This document shows positions 1-13,000 of a stretch of 64,000 nucleotides of DNA, piece by piece. The translations under genes and the position numbers were made by a program. The stretch's first letter is position 1; each line of letters starts with the position of its first letter. Under the pieces are notes generated by a model that was given only the letters and a program-made list of their open reading frames with translations, searched no databases and was not told the origin of the DNA. Source of the stretch: Kondoa subrosea (taxonomy: Eukaryota); the NCBI GenBank assembly GCA_039545335.1, contig BCIN01000001.1:1224604-1288603 (forward strand), given 5' to 3'.

Positions 1-1439
1 TCCATCGTATGACCTCCGACAGTCGAGCAGCTGGTATCAGGCGGGCGCGACTCAATTCCGCTATTGCCAGACAAGCGCCATTCCAAGCATTATCGGTTGC
101 GGTGGAAGCAAAAGAGCCTGATGTAGATCCAGTTCGCGAAAATGTCTCTAGGATCGTATCCACAAGCTGGGCAATGCTTTCTTCTGGCAAACGCTTGGCC
201 ATTCTTGCTGTATATTTGGCTGCAGAATAGCGAATAGTACTGTCCTGCCAAATGATGAGCTTTCAGTGCACAGAAAGAAGACTTCAGCTCACTCTATCTT
301 CCAAGCAATCAAGAACACCTTGAATATGCTCGGCAACTAATTCTTCTTGTCCTTCGCTATTGTCAACACTTGAACTGGTCGATAGTGCCAGCAATGTGAG
401 ACGACCAGTGGCTTTGATCTGATATCGATTACTCCAGTTACTGTTGAGCTTCTTCTGCATGCTTTCGGCTTCCGCGAGTAAAACAGAGATACTGCTTGTC
501 AAGGGAGCTATTTTTTCGAGCGAGCCTAGCTTGAGGAGCTGACAAATGCATTGTACGATACCGCTAATCTAGTACAAAGCCTCAACAAGACAAACGTTTG
601 CCACATGTCCACACCTACAAGAAAGAGGTTTTGATTCGCATGCACCTTCTGTACAAACATGTTGAGATGTTCTTGCAAGACGGTTGCCGAGGTATCAGGT
701 CTAGTAAACGATTATCTTGAGCGAGGAGATCAACACACGTGTCGACTGACCTGGACAGTAATACGCCCAATAGATTTGCAGAAGCGTCTCTTTCCTTACC
801 AGGGCAATCCAAATAGCGCATGGCAATGCTCGAGAGGCTGGTGAATGTAGTGACATTCTCTGATGAGGGCCCAATAGCGGCATTCCATACATTGAGATCA
901 AAGGGTAGCTTGCAGACCAATGACAGCCAAAGCAGAAGGATATAACGAGATTGCCATGTATACTCCTCTTGCTTCTCACCTGAGTTCATGCAAGATAGAA
1001 GAAGAGGAAGATCTGATACTTCGTGCGTCAGGAATCGAGCTAAATTCTATATCAAAGAATGTACACTCGCGGAAAGCTCGAAAGCTGACCAATTGTTTTG
1101 TACCCGCGAACTTTGGTGAAGTGATACAGCACAGCAGAGAGCGTATTGACTCGACCGATAGCATCAAACCCGCCAGCGCAGGATTCGCGAAATTGCAGCA
1201 CAATAGGTTCAAGCCAAGTGTTCAGGTGAGCGTCAAGTAGGTAAGGGTCTTCTTGATACACATCCAGCTAGCCAGAAAATGTTTGGAAGGGTGCTGCTAG
1301 CTGTGCCTTTGAAGCTCACGGCAGAAGTGAACTTATTCAATGCATTCGACTCACTGCCTCGAAGCAGCAGTATGTTCAGCGCCGATGAGATCTTTGCGGT
1401 ATCAACAGTAACAGGGGTATCATCATACTCTTCCTGCAT
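1..1439 (-). CDS. TBCD: Tubulin-specific chaperone D (cofactor D), 5' part; runs off the left edge
   Basis: Spliced peptides LDVYQEDPYLLD, LYHFTKVRGYKTIARFLTHEVSDL, WQSRYILLLWLSLVCKLPFDL and DSTIRYSAAKYTARMAKRLP match cofactor D (Alp1/Cin1) motifs. GT-AG introns join them. Start ATG at 1439 (MQEEYDD) is inferred. Confidence 0.88.
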
Positions 1440-1523
1440 GAGAGCAAGAGTGTTTTGGAGGCTACTGATCAAAAAAGCAGGTAAAAGCTGAAACCAGCAG
1501 CTTGCTCTAGTATTTACAAAATA

Positions 1524-4500
1524 TTAGTACACTTCGTCATCCGGCACGGCTTGCAATTGTTGCATCTCTTCAGCAGCTTGCGACCAATATTTGCTTAGAA
1601 GTCGTTCGCTGGAACAAAAGGTGGAAAGTTCAGCATATAGTGCACCGATGGAGGCTGCGTTGCGTCCAGATGGATGAGACAGGAAGAGTCTATTTGGCAG
1701 AAAGTTGAAGCCTTTGCCATCATCTTGTATCTGGACCAGCGCTGCACCGCTTGAATGGATGAACTGCGTGCTCATGCAAGGTGTCTTCCGATAGCTGTAC
1801 GAGACTTTGAGTTCTGGCGGAAAGCGATGGTCGGCTTCAATACTGTTAATCGAGCTTAGCCAAGCCTCTCCTTTTCCTTTCAGACTTACTCTATGCTAAA
1901 GTCAGAATCTCGACTTTACTGGGAGGGCAAATAGCTCACCTAGTATGTAGCCAAATTTTCTGAGTAAGCAGTGCAGATACTCCTCAGAGTCTTCATTTGG
2001 CCCGCCATCAGGCGGTAGACAAGCTAAGTCGATCACGAGGTATTGATCCAGCGGACATCGTTCGACCAGGTCTGTCGAAAGAGCGCGTCAGTTGCAGAGC
2101 GACTGCTCCCCACATTCGCTTACCTGCTACAGGTAAAGTAGCGGAGAAAACTAAACGCAAACCGTATCTATCGATCATTCTGCCGTATGTCTTGATCAAT
2201 TCGTCCACCAATTGAGATGTCGAAAGCCAATTAAGTTGAAAGTGGAAGCATCCTGCGCTTCACTCAAATGGATGTAAGTCTATCGGTAATCTACTTACCA
2301 GCTGGATTATGGACGCTTTGCAGTCGAGTCAGCAAGCATTCGGCGTGCACCGGATTGACCTACAGACTGGAGATCTATCAGCAATATACTGTACAGCAGA
2401 ACTAGTAGACCAACTCTTTGTGTAGCTGAACTACTTCTGCTCGATCACTTTTTCGCTTGTCATCTAAATCGATCTACAACAACATCAGCTTCAATCGCCT
2501 CTAGCGGTAATAACGTACCAGCAGAGAATCACTCATAGCAATGCGGTATTTTGGTTCAACTTTAACATCGCGCAGCAGCGGCAACTCAAACAGATCTGGC
2601 GAGACATGATCCGGGCTGCTTTTAGAAGTGGTTGTATCGAGATCTTCCCTTCGAAACCATGCCTTGTTGGTCTCATCTGGAACGTATTCTGCATTGAGAC
2701 TGAAGAAATGAGGACCACTATTCTAATCGTCAACAAAAAGATTCGGAATGAAAAAAAATGGAAGAGTTTACTCTACCAGAGTCTTCTGAGCCCCGGCTGC
2801 TGTGAAAAGACCTTTTTCTTGGAGTTTCTTGCCTTGGATCAAAGCTTCGTCCCGGCTGCCGACATCGATGTAGCTGAACATCATTCAGCTCAAAGAGAAT
2901 GGATTTTGCTGCATGCTCACGACTTTGTGAGCCAATCAATGAATTCCGCGCCAACAAAAGAGTTCGGATAGTTGCGTAGATGCCATCTGAGAAGGTCGTC
3001 AGCATGATACATCACGCAGCACCACGAGTCTGACCTTTTGGTCTCCATTGGCACACCGAACTGCTCACTCAAGAGAGCTTGTGCAACCTCTTCAGTCGTA
3101 CAGCTCGCCAATGTCTTGCTTGGCTTTTTCCTAGCTCCATCAAGTAGCTCCTCGTGTTGAATAGTTGCCAATTCTTCCTTGACATGTTTCGAAGGTAATC
3201 TTCGGCTGACATGAGCGCCGGTCCAAAGACCAAACGCGGTGCTTACAAATGGGGTGTGAACTTGTAGGAACTATTTCCAGATGTATTGATCGCATCTACC
3301 CAACGCTGACTCTGAAGATTTGTGAAAAGTTTGACAATCCCAGTGAGCCTAATATCTTCATCTGTAGAACCTTCGTCCAGTCCATCATTGTTGCTTTTCA
3401 CTACCGACTGTCGATCACGAAAGGGGCAAGGTATGATCCTGATCAAAAGTCAGGAAGAAAACGAATGGGAAGGGCAAGCGTACATGAACCGCGCTCGGAT
3501 GTAATGAAGGCCATCTTTCAGCTTAGTGAGTTGTTGAGAGCCAGTGATGGCGCCATCTATGTACGGGAAGTCAAGGCAGTCCTCATCCCTGCGTACGGTT
3601 GTCAGCAATCCAAGGCGGGAGTAATTTGCGACATACCGGTCACTATAGAGTAGTCAGCATCATCTACGGGTAAGACATAGATCACTAACGTATAGTTGAA
3701 CGTAGTGTGCCACTCCCTAAAAGTCGTGGAGAGATCGGGACATATGACAAACTTGTGCGGATAATGATCTTTCGAGAAGTACTGCTCCCGAACGTAGACG
3801 GTGACCTGTTCTATACCTTTACTCTCTACACAAGCGTCAAAGCGGGAAAAGAAACAACGAACATCCATCTGCTGTCTGTTTGCATTGTATGCCAAACGAT
3901 GCACATGTCTAGCGTAGCACATATAGATCTGTGACAATGCATCAGTCATTGTGTTAGTGTCGTGATATTGACATGATTGACCGGCTTGCCAGCGCCAGCT
4001 GTCCAGTATAGTATCGACAGGATATCGGCCGTCGAAGCCATGTTAGGTAATCGCAATGCAGGATCTCGAGGTGCATTGATCAGCTGAAAGCCTTGTTGCA
4101 ACCGGTGGTAAATCTGCAAATGCACGTGAGCGACGAGCTTTGATACCTTAATAGTGCCTTACCATTTCTCGCAAACAAGCTGCTACTTGATGCTCTTGCT
4201 TCTCGTAAGCTCTCACAAAGAGCGTGGCTGTAGCTGCGGTGACCGGCATAGAATATGTTCCTGAGCTATAACAAGACTCTAGCTCGGAGAGCGATGGACA
4301 CCAATCGGTAGTAAGAGGTAGCAAAGCAGGCGAGCACAAAGATCTGCGCATTTAGTGAGCAGGTCGCACTTGAGGAATGTGTTCTGAGACCTACTTCCAC
4401 TTGACCGATCTTTGATCGGACGGTTTCCGCCATCGCTGATGCTGGGCAAGCTTGAAGATCTTCTTACGAGACGGGTTCGAAGGATCCAAGAGGAAGCGGG

Positions 4501-7178
4501 GCTGTTTGTTCTTCTTCACTCGTGAGGTGCCGATCATCTCTTCTGGCGATGATGAGACTTCTGGAAAAGTAGTTTCATTTGAGGCTTCAATTTGGGGAAC
4601 AGGCGGTTGAGATGTATTGAGAATAGATATGGGAATAGCAGCAGGCGGTTTCGGATCTTCTGACGGTAGAGAAGTAGTATCGACTTTTGGAGAAGCGTAA
4701 GGGGATTTTGCTGCTACGAGATTAGGTTCGACTTGTTTTGATAGGTCGAGATCCGGAGCGTTCTTCGATTTGCTGGAATTTGATCCCTTGAAAATGTCGA
4801 ACCAATGACTTTGTGAGACCTTAGCTGGCGCTGGAGCAGCCATAGGAGCAGAGCTGACAGATGAAGGAGCTTTAGCTTGAGCTGAAAATCTTGCGAGAAG
4901 AGCAGGCGTAAACGGAGCCTTATTGGTTGAAGCACTGGCTGGTACTCGACGGACAGAAGACACCACAGAGGGTGTTTGTGCTGCTGAAACTTGCCGAGAA
5001 TGTGTGATCGGTAGATCATCTGACAGAGAGACTGTACTGGATATCAAAGGATCCGTGCTGACTACCGGTGACACCGATGGTACTCTAGAATGAGTTTGAG
5101 ATTGAAAATTGCGTCTGACTCCGTCCAATGTTGGCTTGTCGCGCAATCGCGAGAATGATTGTCTGGGCTGAATTTGCATCTGCTGTCTCCTGACTTTGAT
5201 AATTCCTTGTCTGTTCCCTCCACAAGCCAGGTTGTCTGCTTCCTCTCTCAATTTGCGACGCGTGTTTGCGTCCGATTCTCTGTAGTTACTTGACTGTTTG
5301 AGTAAAGGGAGACTGATCGAAGCGTTTTCGCTCTCTGCTGTGCCAAGCATTTCCACTTGAGGCATTCTGCAGCGAGTCATGAAACGATCGATGCGGAATG
5401 GCTTATCGGGCTGTCGAGAATAGAAGGCTGCGTCCAAGAATTCTGGAACTGCATAAAAGGTCTTTACTGCGCTTTCGCTTGATGTGGAATCATGGTAAAG
5501 GGGATCAAGTTCTTCTACTAGAGCCGAACCGTCTCGACTTTTTCGAGGTGGATTGAGTATGACAGAAAGGGAGTCTGGGTTTTTGTTGTTTCGACTGCCA
5601 ATGAGTAGAGGTGGGTTCTTTTTACGAATTTCCTGCTGCCAATCTTGCACAAAAGGGTTTTCAGAGGTGTAGGAGAAGATAGGTACTTCATGCAAAGGGC
5701 ATTTTGCACAACTGACGCAATCGACAGTCAAACCAAGATCAACAAATCTTTCGCTTGTTAGCCGTAGCAGGTTCTTGTCTACATGAAAGTAGCCGGTTCC
5801 AGCAGTAAGAAGTATGATGGTCATGCCGCTTCTTTGAAGATCTCGATCCTTTTCAACGGTATCAAACTTGTTACCGGTTTGTCAGAACGCCACAGCTTAC
5901 CATATAGCGCTTCTCAAATTGCTTGCTCGCTAAGTTCAACGCTTCCAGTACACAGCCTTCATGAGCTGCACTAATTCTTCCAGCCAAACCACCATCAGCT
6001 CTGGCACTGTATTCGAGCAGTACACTCTTCTGAAACCTAAGCAGCTCTTCCCGCAGCCTTTCCACAACTTTTGGTCCAGAAATACCAACTTCGAGATTGA
6101 TCAAAGCTTTGTAAACATCAAGGCATTTTCGACCCAAAGGATCGATTGTTAGACTGCTCGTGTGGTTGAGCAAAGCGATCTCATAATCTTCATAAAGAAC
6201 TCTAGAGAAGAGGATAATAGAGACTGCATGATTCGTGCCGTGAGCTTGCCAACGTCTGAAAAGTTCAGGTAAGAAGAGTTCGACCATTTTCTCGTGGAAC
6301 AGCTGGAAGAAGAAGAACTTAGGTTTTAAAGTCGCATCGATTAGAAGTGAAGATCTTGCTTACGCTGCCATCCACATCGAAATTCCAACATTCCGAAGAG
6401 ATCTGCACGAAGATATAGACTCGAGCGCTAAGACTTCGATAGACGATTTTGGTGGCAGCGGAAACGTAAGCTGAACGACGTTTCTTTCCTTTAATCCAGA
6501 TTTCTCCAACTCGTACTCTGATCCCGCTACCAGGTAGAACGAGCCTTTGACCGACCCAAATGCATTGATTGACGAGGAAAAGACTTGTTCGCAGCATATC
6601 TGCTCGACCTCTGTTGGAGTCATCGATCAGGATTCGATACAGAGATAGATTCATAGCGCACAAATACGTGTCTTTGAAGAAGATCTCCACATGAGAACCA
6701 CAGTATTTGCGAGGCAACGGACTCGGTAACTTCAGCAATGAAATATAAGCACAAAGCGACTGTGGACGTCGGGGATAGCACCTTAGTAACGAGCACCTGA
6801 TCTCTGTTGGACAAGCCAAAGGCATGCGCAACAGCCTTGTCGATGGAGATCTACCTTCAAAACATTGGTATGCTTGATTGATTAGAATGGACAATTCCCT
6901 GAACTCGCCTGCATTTGCGGCTGCCTCTCAATGAAGGCCTTGTCATAATCTGCGACACGGAAAACCAGGCCATCAGAAGCATTATCGTCTGATTTGACAG
7001 GTCCGGCAATAGGTTGCAGGCGAAGATTGCCATGCAGATCAGACCGAATAACAGAACTAGCGGCTTGCAAGTGAAGAAGGTCTCCTTCCTGACAGCCCAG
7101 AAGCGCAGCAGTCGCGGGATTCAAAATGACATCTTGAGCTGTCTGCAGGTTATCGTGCAGCCAGAGAGTGAGGTCCAT
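1524..7178 (-). CDS. IML1: Vacuolar membrane-associated protein Iml1/Sea1 (DEPDC5; GATOR1/SEACIT subunit), multi-exon
   Basis: Motifs VEIFFKDTYLGRADM, RSLSARVYIFVQISSECWNFD, ELFLPELFRRW, ILLTAGTGYFHVDKNLLRLT, SLCSPALLPLTTDW, the DEP domain RWHLRNYPNSFVGAEFIDWL, DLVHNPAGCFHFQLNW, and C-terminal FGYILDIEA...QFIHSSG. Stop at 1524. Confidence 0.93.
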
Positions 7179-7815
7179 CCATCAAGCAGGCTGTGAATAG
7201 ATCCCAAAGCAGAACTCTCGAGAGCGGGTGAGGCTACTGCCAAGCCAGATTCATGCGGAGTTCGCTGCTCGAGAAAACCGATTGTTGTTTGAATGCAGCG
7301 AGTCAATCTATGTGAAAGTGTGCCCAGACTCAGGCCCCCTCAGTGGCTTCTCAGGATTGTATATCACGTTCTGGCTTGATTCAGATGCCAGGCAGATCTG
7401 GCCCAAATGCCAAACACGACAGAGGAAGATCTGTGTGTGCTCGGGCTCTTCGCTCTGCTATGCTAGCTTGCATCATTACTGCACCACAAAAGCTTCGCGT
7501 GCTTTACGTCACATTGCGTTCTCGACTGGCACAATGAGCTTATTGCCATTTATCAATGTCTGTTGAGGCACACGTCCAATTTCAGTCTCAGCTGGCTCCT
7601 TGCTCAAAAGAGATTTATTAACAGCTTGTCCTCTTCTTTCTTCTCATCCATTCATAGTTTCCTCTCAAAGCAGGTCCTGGTGATCTTGTCTCTCTCCATC
7701 TCCTGCAATCGATCCCGGTGATCTTCTACCAGTACAACAAATACATTCAGAGCCGGTCTCTTCAGTAAATCTACATTCACTTTCTTTCATACAAACAAAC
7801 AAGCACACAACAAAC

Positions 7816-9878
7816 ATGGTTCAAATTACTTCAACCCTCTTGTTATTGGCTTCTACTGTTGCCTACATCAATGCCGCAGCTGTACCAGTGGCTCCTTCTC
7901 CTTCTGGCCCAATGACTGTTCAAGCTACTCCCGCTACTCAATCGTGAGTTTTGACATTTCATTCTTTATTTACAATGCCTGATACACGTATTGCTAGTGG
8001 TGACATGGCTTACCATTACGCACACACCGATTTCGCTGGACCAAGTTCCCGCAAAATGTTTGTTCTGTGATTTTAGCCTTCCAATATTCCTTGCTTACAT
8101 ACTTGTATATTTTAGGCGTCGTGCTCAACTTGCTTCACTCCGCAGACGTGTTGATTCAAAATCGTTGAAACAAGAAGCATCGGAACTGCTCAAAGTCAAA
8201 ATAGATGAGAAACACCTCAACGCTGATGTCCTCAAGGAATCTTCCAAGTCGTTCCATCACAACAAGCGATCAATCAACCATTCCCAACACAAAGTGCACA
8301 AGAAAGGTGGTTCTCGCAAAGGTCACAAGAAGGTTCAGAAAAAGGTCCACAAAAAGAAAGTTGGTGGAAAGTTGAGAATCAGGAGCTTTGATACGGATGA
8401 GCATGAGGTCATTGTCAAGCGCTCTCACGAGTAAGTCTTTCCACCAACTTTGTCTATACTTCAGGATCTGACTTCCCCCTTAAGCGATGGTCACTGGTAC
8501 AATGGGGAATATTATCCGCACAACGGACACAGACGTTCCCAAAACGTAGCTCCTGTAGTCAAGAGGTCTCATAATGATAACCAGTCAGTATCATCCGCTC
8601 TCGCTTCTCCGGGATCTTTACTGACATTTTTTGCTTAGCGATGACGGACACTGGTACAATGGACATTGGTACTCTCACCACAAAAACCACCGTCAGCATC
8701 ACAATCATGCTCGTGATTTGGCTGCCACTGGAGTTCCTGGTTTCATTGAAGTTGCAAGCACTGTGGCTCATACTTCGCTTATCAAATCCTTTGCTGGCTT
8801 GGTCTTTACTGCTCAAGCACAAGACAAAGAAGCTAACTTCAGCATTGGCACATCTGATCAACATTCAACGCAGTTCAATCTCGTTCCATCAGCTGATCAA
8901 AGCAAAGATTCGTACAATCTGAAGATCCCCATACTTGATAGTCAAAGCTTGAAATCCACCGATTACTGCGCGACCTTCTCCACTACTCCCCCTTCTCCTC
9001 TTGCGCTTGAACCTTGCGGACCTAAAGATGGCTACTCGCAAAACTTTGCTTACAACACCACTTCTGGTCAATTGTCGCCTGTTTACCACACGGACAACTC
9101 TACTATTAGCACTCAATCCTTCTTAGCTACCAACACTACCCAGTCCTTCTTGTCGACCAACAATGCGGAAGCAAGCACCAACGACTCTTCAGACGATTCT
9201 TCCTTAGTCAATGGTTTAAGCATTCCGCCTATCGTCGATGAACTTTTGGATGTTGGTCACGTCGCGGACGACGATGAGTCAGATGATGAAGACAATTCCG
9301 ATGATGCCAGTGATCCTCAATCTTTCCTCTCTACTCCCAACCAGCTCAAAACCACATCTCGCGAAGAACCAACTCCTACTGCCGATCTCTACTTTGTTCC
9401 TGCTTCGTCTTACTACCAAGATGCGGACAATTTGGATGATCAAAATGACGATATGGATGCGGATTCGGCCAGTGACTCAACTCCAGCTTCAGCTTCAATG
9501 ATGTCTGTTGCTCCAGTCCCAGTCAAATCCGCTTCTGTTCCACCTGCAGCTGGAAGACCAGTGGCTCCAGTTGCATCTCGTTCAGCAGCAGCACCCAATC
9601 CAGCTATCGCCAAACCTACAGGTGTTATATTGGCCGATATCAAATCTTCCGACTCTACTTCTTCGGCTTCTGATATGGCAGCGGACAATTCAGATATGGA
9701 CGACGGTTCTGACGATTTAGAAGATGTTTCAGATGATGCTTTGCCAGCTATTTCTGCTGCCAACTCATCTTCTACTTCGTCAGCTTCTTCTTCTTCAGCT
9801 ACCGGTAGAATTGCTGCGCCTCAAGTCAATTTGGCTGCGCCTTGTCCAATGAGCATGGGGACTGATGTGGACCAGTAA
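7816..9878 (+). CDS. Secreted protein: signal peptide, basic/His-rich Kex2-flanked repeats, ricin-B-like module, acidic Ser-rich tail
   Basis: ATG 7816 gives MVQITSTLLLLASTVAYINAAAVP (hydrophobic signal peptide). Four GT-AG introns join it to the 8631-9878 ORF. It contains KR/RR dibasic sites, two GHWYNG repeats and YCATF...LALEPC...SQNFAY. Confidence 0.75.
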
Positions 9879-10075
9879 AAGGGCTAATGTTGTAACACAT
9901 AGAGGTCAATTTGCAATAGTACTTTGTACCTAAAATTGATCTTGTTGTCTGTTTCTGCCTCTAAGCCCGATGTGCCAATGATTGGAATGCTTGATGCAGA
10001 AATAGCCGTGATCGTTACAGATGCTATATTACATATATGGAATGGGATGCTGAATTAAATGCCTGATATAGATAC

Positions 10076-13000
10076 TCATCTCTTTCTCTTGGTTGGCATG
10101 AACAAACTATTTGCAGGAGCTACTTTGGGTTTAGGTCGTGGTAGGAATATCGATCCGGAAGCTGAAGGTGCAGGACGGTTCTGATCTGGAGCTAGCAGCG
10201 GAGGTTGATGAGGAGGACGCAAAGCTTGCGCGGACGTAAATTGTTGTTGCTTGATACCGGCGGGTTTGGTATCCATCCCCGTATAATCACCTAGCAGTTC
10301 ATCAATAGAAGCATCTGTAGAAACAAAGAGTCAACACAAAGGCGATCTGAGAGAGGCAGATATCACCTTTGGGTCGGGTGGATGTCGAAGGTTTTGCAGC
10401 GCGAACGTAGATTCCTTTTCCAACGGCGACTTTTGGCGGAGATTGGGGAAGGATGGGAGAACCATCTAGATTCGAATCGATGTCTGGGACGGCAGCAGCA
10501 GCCTTGAGTCGCTTCACTGCCGGAGGAGCTGACGCCGATGCTTCTTCTTCTGCTTTGCGCTTGACGACCGGTACGGTAATGGCTGACTTACGGCTCAATG
10601 ACGAGGATAATTCTTTGGGTGTCATGAGGCCGTCTGGCAAGATCTGAGGTGCAGCATGTACTTTGGAATTTCGAGAAACTGAAGCCTGTTTACTTGTTTT
10701 GACAGGAGAGTTACTGGCATTGAACATTGCAACATCCACCTGTGCACTGAAAGTCAGATAAAGAGGAGAGACGAAAAGGAAGAATACTGATCTTTCAAGC
10801 AATTCCGCTCAGCAGCGTCTGCTAGCAATGCTGCCCATTTGGCATTTTTGTTCAGCGTGATTCTGTTGCCGAGTACAAAGAGCGAGGATCGAGCTCGAGT
10901 GAGAGCCACATTCATACGATTGATGTCCGACAAGAAACCGATGCCTTGATCTTCAACTCCACCTCGTACACAGGAAAGAATGATAATATCTTTCTCTTGC
11001 CCCTACAAGTCGTGTCAGCACTCGATTAGCCGTGGAAGCGAAAACCATACCTGAAAACCATCAACTGTGTGAAAGTCGACCTGGCTCAACACCTTTGGTC
11101 CAAATTTTTCGCGAAAGTGTTTCTGCATTTCCGCGAGCCTGCGAAGTGGTTTGAGTAAACAGTAATTGTATTGTACTGGGCTGGTGTACTCACTGGCCAG
11201 AATATGCGGTCACGACACCAACCGATGGCATCGAATCGACATCGGCTTTGAGCTGCCGCTGTAATCCAGCGTAAAGAGCAGCCGCAACTTTCACTTCCAT
11301 GTGATTCACAAATGACTTGAATCGAGTTGATTCTTCCTTTCCGTTCTTGACGTGCATAAAGGCATACGGCGGGAAAAGGGGATTTGCGTGCCACGGGGCT
11401 TTCGTCTTCGCTGCCATATCTGGGCCATCTTGCAGTTTAGACCCGTAAAACATCTTCGAAGGGAAAGCACTGATACTATATAGACGACTTAGTAATATGA
11501 CCGACAAAGAAGGCAAGGGCTTCCTTACATTGGGTGCATGCGATATTGGATGCTACACACGAACGTCAGACTGATCCTAGACCCTAATAGGATAGTACTC
11601 ACGATAGCAGGTGGACAGCTGCAGCGTTCTGAGCATGCAAACGCATGAACAAACTTTGACTATAGCCTTGATGAGCCGCGATTTTGGAAAGGATCGTGGG
11701 CGGAAGCTGCTTGGGGTCTGCGGAAAGGCTCGATCAGATTGCTGCACATCACTGGTACTTAATTTTTGGATCAACTGACCTCCAACCATAATGCAGCGCT
11801 TGCAACCATACTTGAGCGGAATTAAAGAACTCGGTTCGACACTTTGAGCCGCTTCGTCAATGATTACAGTCTCAAAGTCTATTGGTAGCGCAGCCATATA
11901 GTCTTGACCAGCTCCAGACAGTGTCGAACAAATGACATCTGCCTCAGACAGGATGTCTCGCCTGTTCTTGTCTTTCGCAGCGTCCATCGCCCGGTTCGAC
12001 TGTTGCTGTGAGTCCCGAGCCTCTTGCAGCGCAACATTCTTCTCCGCTATCGCACGTCTCAAACGTGGAATCTCTGCTTCTAATGCTTGAGTTTGGGCTG
12101 AGTTCATTCCAGACATAGTTTCAAGCTCCGCTTGTTTCGCAGCTCGCTGAGTTTTCAACTGATCGATTTCAGCCCTAAGATTTCTGATCTTCTCTGATGC
12201 GTTATTGGACCCCTGTCCACCTGTCGAACGCCTTTCGACGAGTTCGTCTAGAAAGACGTCTTGAGCGACCACATTGATTGATCTCTGTGCTCCAATGCGC
12301 ACGATCTCTGGATAGAATATCGATCCATCAGCGATTCGGATACCCTCTTTGAGACGCTTGACAATCTCGTCGACAGCGGCGTTGCTGGGAGCGCAAAGCA
12401 AGAGACGAGCTGGCGTCCGTGGTGCAAGAGCGGTCGCTTTAGGCAGCTTTGAACACAAAGCACCAATAACACCAACAATAGTGCTGGTTTTGCCTGTTCC
12501 GGGTGGACTGCAGCAACATGTCAGCACACTATGTTGTTACTTGGTAATGTATTGACCCTTGGATTAGGGAGAACCCGTCTTGCTGAGTGACTTGCAGTAT
12601 GGCGCGACCTTGCGGCTCGTTCACCTTGAATGCTTTCATCGTATCTGCCAATTCGACCGGATTGATCTTTGGAAGAGGCGGTAATTTAGATGATATGATG
12701 CTAGGAAGAAGGTCGAGATACGGAAGAGCCATAAGAGCAGCGTATTCCCTTTGAGTTGTACGTAAGCTGTTGATAAAGTCAGTCACCGGGTACTTAGTGA
12801 ACCTGCTTCGCACGACACACACCTCATGAGATTTATTACCTCGCAGATCGTGCGAGGAACCATATGCATACTAGCTCCTTGGGTATCTGAGCCAAAGTGA
12901 CATCGCAAAACGAGCGACGTCTGCCGACCGCGATTGACTGATTGTACCTTTGCCAGTATTGATCGTGCTCCTTGTCGTATGACTACCAAGTCTGATTCCG

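Noticed and set aside
1524..1775. ORF 1524-1775 as the first exon of TBCD or a separate gene
   Set aside because: It encodes the Iml1 C-terminal motif (QFIHSSG...FLPNRL) and joins IML1 in frame through the 1-nt exon.
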